The notes under the pieces are model-generated. The model ran no database searches. It had not been told where the DNA came from and saw only the letters and a program-made list of their open reading frames with translations. Positions 1-13,658 of a stretch of DNA of 64,000 nt are shown piece by piece. Origin of the DNA: the human T2T-CHM13v2.0 reference genome, Homo sapiens. Within the stretch, counting starts at the first letter, position 1, and each line of letters opens with the position of its first letter. The stretch lies in NCBI RefSeq assembly GCF_009914755.1, contig NC_060925.1; one strand, 5' to 3'. The position numbers and the translations under genes are program-made.

Positions 1-354
1 CATAGAATCGAATGGAATTATCATCGAATGGAATCGAATGGAATCAACATCAAACGGAAAAAAACGGAATTATCGAATGGAATCGAAGAGAATCATCGAA
101 TGGACCCGAATGGAATCATCTAATGGAATGGAATGGAATAATCCATGGACTCGAATGCAATCATCATCGAATGGAATCGAATGGAATCATCGAATGGACT
201 CGAATGGAATAATCATTGAACGGAAACGAATGGAATCATCATCGGATGGAAATGAATGGAATCATCATCGAATAGAATCGAATAGAATTATGGAATGAAA
301 TCCAGCGTGATCATCATCGAATGGACCCGAATGGAATCATCATCCAACGGAAGC

Positions 355-365
355 TAATGGAATCA
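355..365 (+). promoter_or_regulatory. Candidate DUX4 binding motif TAATGGAATCA (exemplar; one per full-length unit at this position, absent from 1059/1063-bp units)
   Basis: Matches the DUX4 consensus TAAYBBAATCA, in context AAGCTAATGGAATCAAC. Binding itself cannot be shown from sequence. Confidence 0.45.
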
Positions 366-1197
366 ACATCGAATGAATCGAATGGAAACACCATCGAATT
401 GAAACGAATGGAATTATCATGAAATTGAAATGGATGGACTCATCATCGAATGGATTCGAATGGAATCATCGAATAAAATTGATTGAAATCATCATCGAAT
501 GGAATCGAATGGTATCATTGAATGGAATCGAATGGAATCATCATCAGATGGAAATGAATGGAATCGTCATAGAATGGAATCGAATGGATTCATTGAATGG
601 AATCAGATGGAATCATCGAATGGACTGGAATGGAATCATTGAATGGACTCGAAAGGGATCATGATTGAATGGAATTGAATGGAATCATCGAATGGTCTCG
701 ATTGGAATCATTATCAAATGGAATCGAATGGAATCACCGAATAGAATCGAATGGAACAATCATCGAATGGACTCAAATGGAATTATCCTCCAATGGAATC
801 GAATGGAATTATCGAATGCAATCGAATGGAATTATCGAATGCAATCGAATAGAATCATCGAATGGACTCGAATGGAATCATCGAATGGAATGGAATGGAA
901 CAGTCAATGAACTCGAATGGAATCATCATTGAATGGAATCGAATGGAATCATCGAGTGGAATCGAATGGAATTATGATCAAATGGAATCGAATGTAATCA
1001 TCATCAAATGGAATCAAAAATAACCATCATCAATTGGTATTGAATGGAATTGTCATCAAATGGAATTCAAAGGAATCATCATCAAATGGAACCGAATGGA
1101 ATCCTCATTGAATGGAAATGAAAGGGGTCATCATCTAATGGAATCGCATGGAATCATCATCAAATGGAATCGAATGGAATCATCATCAAATGGAATC

Positions 1198-1208
1198 TAA
1201 TGGAATCA
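1198..1208 (+). promoter_or_regulatory. Candidate DUX4 binding motif TAATGGAATCA (exemplar; second site, present in all unit classes)
   Basis: Matches TAAYBBAATCA, in context ATCTAATGGAATCATTGAACAG. Confidence 0.45.
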
Positions 1209-1222
1209 TTGAACAGAATTGA

Positions 1223-2998
1223 ATGGAATCGTCATCGAATGAATTGAATGCAATCATCGAATGGTCTCGAATGGAATCATCTTCTAATGGAAAGGAATGG
1301 AAGCATCGCATAGAATCGAATGGAATTATCATCGAATGGAATCGAATGGTATCAACACCAAACGGAAAAAAACGGAATTATCGAATGGAATCGAAGAGAA
1401 TCTTCGAACGGACCCGAATGGAATCATCTAATGGAATGGAATGGAATAATCCATGGACTCGAATGCAATCATCATCGAATGGAATCGAATGGAATCATCG
1501 AATGGACTTGAATGGAATAATCATTGAACGGAATCGATTGGAATCATCATCGGATGGAAACGAATGGAATCATCATCGAATGGAAATGAAAGGAGTCATC
1601 ATCTAATGGAATTGCATGGAATCATCATAAAATGGAATCGAATGGAATCAACATCAAATGGAATCAAATGGAATCATTGAACGGAATTGAATGGAATCGT
1701 CATCGAATGAATTGACTGCAATCATCCAATGGTCTCGAATGGAATCATCTTCAAGTGGAATGGAATGGAATCATCGCATAGAATCGAATGGAATTATCAT
1801 CGAATGGAATCGAATGGAATCAACATCCAACGGAAAAAAACGGAATTATCGAATGGAATCGAAGAGAATCATCGAATGGACCCGAATGGAATCATCTAAT
1901 GGAATGGAATGGAATAATCCATGGACTCGAATGCAATCATCATCGAATGGAATCGAATGGAATCATCGAATGGACTCGAATGGAATAATCATTGAACGGA
2001 ATCGAATGGAATCATCATCGGATGGAAATGAATGGAATCATCATCGAATGGAATCGAATAGAATTATGGAATGAAATCCAGTGTGATCATCATCGAATGG
2101 ACCCGAATGGAATCATCATCCAACGGAAGCTAATGGAATCAACATCGAATGAATCAAATGGAAACACCATCGAATTGAAACGAATGGAATTATCATGAAA
2201 TTGAAATGGATGGACTCATCATCGAATGGATTCGAATGGAATCATCGAATAAAATTGATTGAAATCATCATCGAATGGAATCGAATGGTATCATTGAATG
2301 GAATCGAATGGAATCATCATCAGATGGAAATGAATGGAATCGTCATAGAATGGAATCGAATGGATTCATTGAATTGAATCAGATGGAATCATCGAATGGA
2401 CTGGAATGGAATCATTGAATGGATTCGAAAGGGATCATGATTGAATGGAATTGAATGGAATCATCGAATGGTCTCGATTGGAATCATTATCAAATGGAAT
2501 CGAATGGAATCACCGAATAGAATCGAATGGAACAATCATCGAATGGACTCAAATGGAATTATCCTCAAATGGAATCGAATGGAATTATCGAATGCAATCG
2601 AATGGAATTATCGATTGCAATCGAATAGAATCATCGAATGGACTCGAATGGAATCATCGAATGGAATGGAATGGAACAGTCAATGAACTCGAATGGAATC
2701 ATCATTGAATGGAATCGAATGGAATCATCGAGTGGAATCGAATGGAATTATGATCAAATGGAATCGAATGTAATCATCATCAAATGGAATCAAAAATAAC
2801 CATCATCAATTGGTATTGAATGGAATTGTCATCAAATGGAATTCAAAGGAATCATCATCAAATGGAACCGAATGGAATCCTCATTGAATGGAAATGAAAG
2901 GGGTCATCATCTAATGGAATCGCATGGAATCATCATCTAATGGAATCGAATGGAATCATCATCAAATGGAATCTAATGGAATCATTGAACAGAATGGA
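1223..2998. repeat. Exemplar full-length 1776-bp repeat unit (17 of 40 complete units have this length)
   Basis: Unique-per-unit landmarks recur every 1776 bp: AAAAATAACCATCATCAATTGG, GAAAGGGGTCATC, GAACAGTCAATGAACTC, GAAATCCAGTGTGATC, CAACGGAAGCTAATGG. The ORF track repeats at the same spacing (419, 2195, 3971). Confidence 0.95.
1391..1407. other. Perfect 7-bp inverted repeat with 3-nt GAA loop (TCGAAGA-GAA-TCTTCGA), one per A sub-unit
   Basis: TCTTCGA is the exact reverse complement of TCGAAGA. The B paralog has TCATCGA, one mismatch. Confidence 0.6.
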
Positions 2999-4778
2999 AT
3001 GGAATCATCATCGAATGAATTGAATGCAATCATCGAATGGTCTCGAATGGAATCATCTTCTAATGGAAAGGAATGGAATCATCGCATAGAATCGAATGGA
3101 ATTATCATCGAATGGAATCGAATGGTATCAACACCAAACGGAAAAAAACGGAATTATCGAATGGAATCGAAGAGAATCTTCGAACGGACCCGAATGGAAT
3201 CATCTAATGGAATGGAATGGAATAATCCATGGACTCGAATGCAATCATCATCGAATGGAATCGAATGGAATCATCGAATGGACTCGAATGGAATAATCAT
3301 TGAACGGAATCGAATGGAATCATCATCGGATGGAAACGAATGGAATCATCATCGAATGGAAATGAAAGGAGTCATCATCTAATGGAATTGCATGGAATCA
3401 TCATAAAATGGAATCGAATGGAATCAACATCAAATGGAATCAAATGGAATCATTGAACGGAATTGAATGGAATCGTCATCGAATGAATTGACTGCAATCA
3501 TCGAATGGTCTCGAATGGAATCATCTTCAAATGGAATGGAATGGAATCATCGCATAGAATCGAATGGAATTATCATCGAATGGAATCGAATGGAATCAAC
3601 ATCAAACGGAAAAAAACGGAATTATCGAATGGAATCGAAGAGAATCATCGAATGGACCCGAATGGAATCATCTAATGGAATGGAATGGAATAATCCATGG
3701 ACTCGAATGCAATCATCATCGAATGGAATCGAATGGAATCATCGAATGGACTCGAATGGAATAATCATTGAACGGAATCGAATGGAATCATCATCGGATG
3801 GAAATGAATGGAATCATCATCGAATGGAATCGAATAGAATTATGGAATGAAATCCAGTGTGATCATCATCGAATGGACCCGAATGGAATCATCATCCAAC
3901 GGAAGCTAATGGAATCAACATCGAATGAATCAAATGGAAACACCATCGAATTGAAACGAATGGAATTATCATGAAATTGAAATGGATGGACTCATCATCG
4001 AATGGATTCGAATGGAATCATCGAATAAAATTGATTGAAATCATCATCGAATGGAATCGAATGGTATCATTGAATGGAATCGAATGGAATCATCATCAGA
4101 TGGAAATGAATGGAATCGTCATAGAATGGAATCGAATGGATTCATTGAATGGAATCAGATGGAATCATCGAATGGACTGGAATGGAATCATTGAATGGAC
4201 TCGAAAGGGATCATGATTGAATGGAATTGAATGGAATCATCGAATGGTCTCGATTGGAATCATTATCAAATGGAATCGAATGGAATCACCGAATAGAATC
4301 GAATGGAACAATCATCGAATGGACTCAAATGGAATTATCCTCAAATGGAATCGAATGGAATTATCGAATGCAATCGAATGGAATTATCGAATGCAATCGA
4401 ATAGAATCATCGAATGGACTCGAATGCAATCATCATCGAATGGAATCGAATGGAATCATCGAATGAACTCGAATGGAATCATCATTGAATGGAATCGAAT
4501 GGAATCATCGAGTGGAATCGAATGGAATTATGATCAAATGGAATCGAATGTAATCATCATCAAATGGAATCAAAAATAACCATCATCAATTGGTATTGAA
4601 TGGAATTGTCATCAAATGGAATTCAAAGGAATCATCATCAAATGGAACCGAATGGAATCCTCATTGAATGGAAATGAAAGGGGTCATCATCTAATGGAAT
4701 CGCATGGAATCATCATCAAATGGAATCGAATGGAATCATCATCAAATGGAATCTAATGGAATCATTGAACAGAATTGA
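2999..4778. repeat. 1780-bp variant unit (hybrid junction at ~4414-4470)
   Basis: Landmark spacing 2999->4779 is 1780. It lacks the GAACAGTC motif and carries the short-unit junction sequence instead. Confidence 0.85.
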
Positions 4779-7700
4779 ATGGAATCGTCATCGAATGAAT
4801 TGAATGCAATCATCGAATGGTCTCGAATGGAATCATCTTCTAATGGAAAGGAATGGAATCATCGCATAGAATCGAATGGAATTATCATCGAATGGAATCG
4901 AATGGTATCAACACCAAACGGAAAAAAACGGAATTATCGAATGGAATCGAAGAGAATCTTCGAACGGACCCGAATGGAATCATCTAATGGAATGGAATGG
5001 AATAATCCATGGACTCGAATGCAATCATCATCGAATGGAATCGAATGGAATCATCGAATGGACTCGAATGGAATAATCATTGAACGGAATCGAATGGAAT
5101 CATCATCGGATGGAAACGAATGGAATCATCATCGAATGGAAATGAAAGGAGTCATCATCTAATGGAAATGCATGGAATCATCATAAAATGGAATCGAATG
5201 GAATCAACATCAAATGGAATCAAATGGAATCATTGAACGGAATTGAATGGAATCGTCATCGAATGAATTGAATGCAATCATCGAATGGTCTCGAATGGAA
5301 TCATCTTCAAATGGAATGGAATGGAATCATCGCATAGAATCGAATGGAATTATCATCGAATGGAATCGAATGGAATCAACATCAAACGGAAAAAAACGGA
5401 ATTATCGAATGGAATCGAAGAGAATCATCGAATGGACCCGAATGGAATCATCTAATGGAATGGAATGGAATAATCCATGGACTCGAATGCAATCATCATC
5501 GAATGGAATCGAATGGAATCATCGAATGGACTCGAATGGAATAATCATTGAACGGAAACGAATGGAATCATCATCGGATGGAAATGAATGGAATCATCAT
5601 CGAATAGAATCGAATAGAATTATGGAATGAAATCCAGTGTGATCATCATCGAATGGACCCGAATGGAATCATCATCCAACGGAAGCTAATGGAATCAACA
5701 TCGAATGAATCGAATGGAAACACCATCGAATTGAAACGAATGGAATTATCATGAAATTGAAATGGATGGACTCATCATCGAATGGATTCGAATGGAATCA
5801 TCGAATAAAATTGATTGAAATCATCATCGAATGGAATCGAATGGTATCATTGAATGGAATCGAATGGAATCATCATCAGATGGAAATGAATGGAATCGTC
5901 ATAGAATGGAATCGAATGGATTCATTGAATGGAATCAGATGGAATCATCGAATGGACTGGAATGGAATTATTGAATGGACTCGAAAGGGATCATGATTGA
6001 ATGGAATTTAATGGAATCATCGAATGGTCTCGATTGGAATCATTATCAAATGGAATCGAATGGAATCACCGAATAGAATCGAATGGAACAATCATCGAAT
6101 GGACTCAAATGGAATTATCCTCAAATGGAATCGAATGGAATTATCGAATGCAATCGAATGGAATTATCGATTGCAATCGAATAGAATCATCGAATGGACT
6201 CGAATGGAATCATCGAATGGAATGGAATGGAACAGTCAATGAACTCGAATGGAATCATCATTGAATGGAATCGAATGGAATCATCGAGTGGAATCGAATG
6301 GAATTATGATCAAATGGAATCGAATGTAATCATCATCAAATGGAATCAAAAATAACCATCATCAATTGGTATTGAATGGAATTGTCATCAAATGGAATTC
6401 AAAGGAATCATCATCAAATGGAACCGAATGGAATCCTCATTGAATGGAAATGAAAGGGGTCATCATCTAATGGAATCGCATGGAATCATCATCAAATGGA
6501 ATCGAATGGAATCATCATCAAATGGAATCTAATGGAATCATTGAACAGAATTGAATGGAATGGTCATCGAATGAATTGAATGCAATCATCGAATGGTCTC
6601 GAATGGAATCATCTTCTAATGGAAAGGAATGGAATCATCGCATAGAATCGAATGGAATTATCATCGAATGGAATCGAATGGTATCAACACCAAACGGAAA
6701 AAAACGGAATTATCGAATGGAATCGAAGAGAATCTTCGAACGGACCCGAATGGAATCATCTAATGGAATGGAATGGAATAATCCATGGACTCGAATGCAA
6801 TCATCATCGAATGGAATCGAATGGAATCATCGAATGGACTCGAATGGAATAATCATTGAACGGAATCGAATGGAATCATCATCGGATGGAAACGAATGGA
6901 ATCATCATCGAATGGAAATGAAAGGAGTCATCATCTAATGGAATTGCATGGAATCATCATAAAATGGAATCGAATGGAATCAACATCAAATGGAATCAAA
7001 TGGAATCATTGAACGGAATTGAATGGAATCGTCATCGAATGAATTGACTGCAATCATCGAATGGTCTCGAATGGAATCATCTTCAAATGGAATGGAATGG
7101 AATCATCGCATAGAATCGAATGGAATTATCATCGAATGGAATCGAATGGAATCAACATCAAACGGAAAAAAACAGAATTATCGTATGGAATCGAAGAGAA
7201 TCATCGAAGGGACCCGAATGGAATCATCTAATGGAATGGAATGGAATAATCCATGGACTCGAATGCAATCATCATCGAATGGAATCGAATGGAATCATCG
7301 AATGGACTCGAATGGAATAATCATTGAACGGAATCGAATGGAATCATCATCGGATGGAAATGAATGGAATCATCATCGAATGGAATCGAATAGAATTATG
7401 GAATGAAATCCAGTGTGATCATCATCGAATGGACCCGAATGGAATCATCATCCAACGGAAGCTAATGGAATCAACATCGAATGAATCGAATGGAAACACC
7501 ATCGAATTGAAACGAATGGAATTATCATGAAATTGAAATGGATGGACTCATCATCGAATGGATTCGAATGGAATCATCGAATAAAATTGATTGAAATCAT
7601 CATCCAATGGAATCGAATGGTATCATTGAATGGAATCGAATGGAATCTTCATCAGATGGAAATGAATGGAATCGTCATAGAATGGAATCGAATGGATTCA

Positions 7701-10700
7701 TTGAATGGAATCAGATGGAATCATCGAATGGACTGGAATGGAATCATTGAATGGACTCGAAAGGGATCATTATTGAATGGAATTGAATGGAATCATCGAA
7801 TGGTCTCGATTGGAATCATTATCAAATGGAATCGAATGGAATCACCGAACAGAATCGAATGGAACAATCATCGAATGGACTCAAATGGAATTATCCTCAA
7901 ATGGAATCGAATGGAATTATCGAATGCAATCGAATGGAATTATCGAATGCAATCGAATAGAATCATCGAATGGACTCGAATGGAATCATCGAATGGAATG
8001 GAATGGAACAGTCAATGAACTCGAATGGAATCATCATTGAAAGGAATCGAATGGAATCATCGAGTGGAATCGAATGGAATTATGATCAAATGGAATCGAA
8101 TGTAATCATCATCAAATGGAATCAAAAATAACCATCATCAATTGGTATTGAATGGAATTGTCATCAAATGGAATTCAAAGGAATCATCATCAAATGGAAC
8201 CGAATGGAATCCTCATTGAATGGAAATGAAAGGGGTCATCATCTAATGGAATCGCATGGAATCATCATCAAATGGAATCGAATGGAATCATCATCAAATG
8301 GTATCTAATGGAATCATTGAACAGAATTGAATGGAATCGTCATCGAATGAATTGAATGCAATCATCGAATGGTCTCGAATGGAATCATCTTCTAATGGAA
8401 AGGAATGGAATCATCGCATAGAATCGAATGGAATTATCATCGAATGGAATCGAATGGTATCAACACCAAACGGAAATAAACGGAATTATCGAATGGAATC
8501 GAAGAGAATCTTCGAACGGACCCGAATGGAATCATCTAATGGAATGGAATGGAATAATCCATGGACTCGAATGCAATCATCATCGAATGGAATCGAATGG
8601 AATCATCGAATGGACTCGAATGGAATAATCATTGAACGGAATCGAATGGAATCATCATCGGATGGAAACGAATGGAATCATCATCGAATGGAAATGAAAG
8701 GAGTCATCATCTAATGGAATTGCATGGAATCATCATAAAATGGAATCGAATGGAATCAACATCAAATGGAATCAAATGGAATCATTGAACGGAATTGAAT
8801 GGAATCGTCATCGAATGAATTGACTGCAATCATCCAATGGTCTCGAATGGAATCATCTTCAAATGGAATGGAATGGAATCATCGCATAGAATCGAATGGA
8901 ATTATCATCGAATGGAATCGAATGGAATCAACATCAAACGGAAAAAAACGGAATTATCGAATGGAATCGAAGAGAATCATCGAATGGACCCGAATGGAAT
9001 CATCTAATGGAATGGAATGGAATAATCCATGGACTCGAATGCAATCATCATCGAATGGAATCGAATGGAATCATCGAATGGACTCGAATGGAATAATCAT
9101 TGAACGGAATCGAATGGAATCATCATCGGATGGAAATGAATGGAATCATCATCGAATGGAATCGAATAGAATTATGGAATGAAATCCAGCGTGATCATCA
9201 TCGAATGGACCCGAATGGAATCATCATCCAACGGAAGCTAATGGAATCAACATCGAATGAATCGAATGGAAACACCATCGAATTGAAACGAATGGAATTA
9301 TAATGAAATTGAAATGGATGGACTCATCATCGAATGGATTCGAATTTAATCATCGAATAAAATTGATTGAAATCATCATCCAATGGAATCGAATGGTATC
9401 ATTGAATGGAATCGAATGGAATCATCATCAGATGGAAATGAATGGAATCGTCATAGAATGGAATCGAATGGATTCATTGAATGGAATCAGATGGAATCAT
9501 CGAATGGACTGGAATGGAATCATTGAATGGACTCGAAAGGGATCATGATTGAATGGAATTGAATGGAATCATCGAATGGTCTCGATTGGAATCATTATCA
9601 AATGGAATCGAATGGAATCACCGAATAGAATCGAATGGAACAATCATCGAATGGACTCAAATGGAATTATCCTCCAATGGAATCGAATGGAATTATCGAA
9701 TGCAATCGAATGGAATTATCGAATGCAATCGAATAGAATCATCGAATGGACTCGAATGGAATCATCGAATGGAATGGAATGGAACAGTCAATGAACTCGA
9801 ATGGAATCATCATTGAATGGAATCGAATGGAATCATCGAGTGGAATCGAATGGAATTATGATCAAATGGAATCGAATGTAATCATCATCAAATGGAATCA
9901 AAAATAACCATCATCAATTGGTATTGAATGGAATTGTCATCAAATGGAATTCAAAGGAATCATCATCAAATGGAACCGAATGGAATCCTCATTGAATGGA
10001 AATGAAAGGGGTCATCATCTAATGGAATCGCATGGAATCATCATCAAATGGAATCGAATGGAATCATCATCAAATGGAATCTAATGGAATCATTGAACAG
10101 AATTGAATGGAATCGTCATCGAATGAATTGAATGCAATCATCGAATGGTCTCGAATGGAATCATCTTCTAATGGAAAGGAATGGAAGCATCGCATAGAAT
10201 CGAATGGAATTATCATCGAATGGAATCGAATGGTATCAACACCAAACGGAAAAAAACGGAATTATCGAATGGAATCGAAGAGAATCTTCGAACGGACCCG
10301 AATGGAATCATCTAATGGAATGGAATGGAATAATCCATGGACTCGAATGCAATCATCATCGAATGGAATCGAATGGAATCATCGAATGGACTTGAATGGA
10401 ATAATCATTGAACGGAATCGATTGGAATCATCATCGGATGGAAACGAATGGAATCATCATCGAATGGAAATGAAAGGAGTCATCATCTAATGGAATTGCA
10501 TGGAATCATCATAAAATGGAATCGAATGGAATCAACATCAAATGGAATCAAATGGAATCATTGAACGGAATTGAATGGAATCGTCATCGAATGAATTGAC
10601 TGCAATCATCCAATGGTCTCGAATGGAATCATCTTCAAGTGGAATGGAATGGAATCATCGCATAGAATCGAATGGAATTATCATCGAATGGAATCGAATG

Positions 10701-13658
10701 GAATCAACATCCAACGGAAAAAAACGGAATTATCGAATGGAATCGAAGAGAATCATCGAATGGACCCGAATGGAATCATCTAATGGAATGGAATGGAATA
10801 ATCCATGGACTCGAATGCAATCATCATCGAATGGAATCGAATGGAATCATCGAATGGACTCGAATGGAATAATCATTGAACGGAATCGAATGGAATCATC
10901 ATCGGATGGAAATGAATGGAATCATCATCGAATGGAATCGAATAGAATTATGGAATGAAATCCAGTGTGATCATCATCGAATGGACCCGAATGGAATCAT
11001 CATCCAACGGAAGCTAATGGAATCAACATCGAATGAATCAAATGGAAACACCATCGAATTGAAACGAATGGAATTATCATGAAATTGAAATGGATGGACT
11101 CATCATCGAATGGATTCGAATGGAATCATCGAATAAAATTGATTGAAATCATCATCGAATGGAATCGAATGGTATCATTGAATGGAATCGAATGGAATCA
11201 TCATCAGATGGAAATGAATGGAATCGTCATAGAATGGAATCGAATGGATTCATTGAATTGAATCAGATGGAATCATCGAATGGACTGGAATGGAATCATT
11301 GAATGGACTCGAAAGGGATCATGATTGAATGGAATTGAATGGAATCATCGAATGGTCTCGATTGGAATCATTATCAAATGGAATCGAATGGAATCACCGA
11401 ATAGAATCGAATGGAACAATCATCGAATGGACTCAAATGGAATTATCCTCAAATGGAATCGAATGGAATTATCGAATGCAATCGAATGGAATTATCGATT
11501 GCAATCGAATAGAATCATCGAATGGACTCGAATGGAATCATCGAATGGAATGGAATGGAACAGTCAATGAACTCGAATGGAATCATCATTGAATGGAATC
11601 GAATGGAATCATCGAGTGGAATCGAATGGAATTATGATCAAATGGAATCGAATGTAATCATCATCAAATGGAATCAAAAATAACCATCATCAATTGGTAT
11701 TGAATGGAATTGTCATCAAATGGAATTCAAAGGAATCATCATCAAATGGAACCGAATGGAATCCTCATTGAATGGAAATGAAAGGGGTCATCATCTAATG
11801 GAATCGCATGGAATCATCATCTAATGGAATCGAATGGAATCATCATCAAATGGAATCTAATGGAATCATTGAACAGAATGGAATGGAATCATCATCGAAT
11901 GAATTGAATGCAATCATCGAATGGTCTCGAATGGAATCATCTTCTAATGGAAAGGAATGGAATCATCGCATAGAATCGAATGGAATTATCATCGAATGGA
12001 ATCGAATGGTATCAACACCAAACGGAAAAAAACGGAATTATCGAATGGAATCGAAGAGAATCTTCGAACGGACCCGAATGGAATCATCTAATGGAATGGA
12101 ATGGAATAATCCATGGACTCGAATGCAATCATCATCGAATGGAATCGAATGGAATCATCGAATGGACTCGAATGGAATAATCATTGAACGGAATCGAATG
12201 GAATCATCATCGGATGGAAACGAATGGAATCATCATCGAATGGAAATGAAAGGAGTCATCATCTAATGGAATTGCATGGAATCATCATAAAATGGAATCG
12301 AATGGAATCAACATCAAATGGAATCAAATGGAATCATTGAACGGAATTGAATGGAATCGTCATCGAATGAATTGACTGCAATCATCCAATGGTCTCGAAT
12401 GGAATCATCTTCAAATGGAATGGAATGGAATCATCGCATAGAATCGAATGGAATTATCATCGAATGGAATCGAATGGAATCAACATCAAACGGAAAAAAA
12501 CGGAATTATCGAATGGAATCGAAGAGAATCATCGAATGGACCCGAATGGAATCATCTAATGGAATGGAATGGAATAATCCATGGACTCGAATGCAATCAT
12601 CATCGAATGGAATCGAATGGAATCATCGAATGGACTCGAATGGAATAATCATTGAACGGAATCGAATGGAATCATCATCGGATGGAAATGAATGGAATCA
12701 TCATCGAATGGAATCGAATAGAATTATGGAATGAAATCCAGTGTGATCATCATCGAATGGACCCGAATGGAATCATCATCCAACGGAAGCTAATGGAATC
12801 AACATCGAATGAATCAAATGGAAACACCATCGAATTGAAACGAATGGAATTATCATGAAATTGAAATGGATGGACTCATCATCGAATGGATTCGAATGGA
12901 ATCATCGAATAAAATTGATTGAAATCATCATCGAATGGAATCGAATGGTATCATTGAATGGAATCGAATGGAATCATCATCAGATGGAAATGAATGGAAT
13001 CGTCATAGAATGGAATCGAATGGATTCATTGAATGGAATCAGATGGAATCATCGAATGGAATGGAATGGAATCATTGAATGGACTCGAAAGGGATCATGA
13101 TTGAATGGAATTGAATGGAATCATCGAATGGTCTCGATTGGAATCATTATCAAATGGAATCGAATGGAATCACCGAATAGAATCGAATGGAACAATCATC
13201 GAATGGACTCAAATGGAATTATCCTCCAATGGAATCGAATGGAATTATCGAATGCAATCGAATGGAATTATCGAATGCAATCGAATAGAATCATCGAATG
13301 GACTCGAATGGAATCATCGAATGGAATGGAATGGAACAGTCAATGAACTCGAATGGAATCATCATTGAATGGAATCGAATGGAATCATCGAGTGGAATCG
13401 AATGGAATTATGATCAAATGGAATCGAATGTAATCATCATCAAATGGAATCAAAAATAACCATCATCAATTGGTATTGAATGGAATTGTCATCAAATGGA
13501 ATTCAAAGGAATCATCATCAAATGGAACCGAATGGAATCCTCATTGAATGGAAATGAAAGGGGTCATCATCTAATGGAATCGCATGGAATCATCATCAAA
13601 TGGAATCGAATGGAATCATCATCAAATGGAATCTAATGGAATCATTGAACAGAATTGA

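Larger units (their letters stand above)
1111..2046. repeat. Internal tandem duplication within the unit: sub-units A (~1111-1578) and B (~1579-2046), 468 bp each
   Basis: AATGGAAATGAAAGG(G/A)GTCATCATCTAATGG occurs at 1111 and 1579; homologous pseudo-ORFs start at 1223 and 1691 (offset 468). Diagnostic A vs B differences: GAACAGAA/GAACGGAA, TTGAATGC/TTGACTGC, GGTATCAACACC/GGAATCAACATC, TCTTCGAACGG/TCATCGAATGG, GGAAACGAA/GGAAATGAA. Confidence 0.92.

Noticed and set aside
124-140. Heat-shock-element-like GAA repeats (GGAATGGAATGGAAT)
   Set aside because: These are direct nGAAn repeats rather than the alternating inverted nGAAnnTTCn arrangement of a canonical HSE. HSF1 stress bodies are mainly associated with HSat3.
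471-480. AATAAA polyadenylation-like hexamer once per full-length unit
   Set aside because: There is no downstream GU/U-rich element or gene context; a hexamer match in A-rich satellite is not sufficient evidence.
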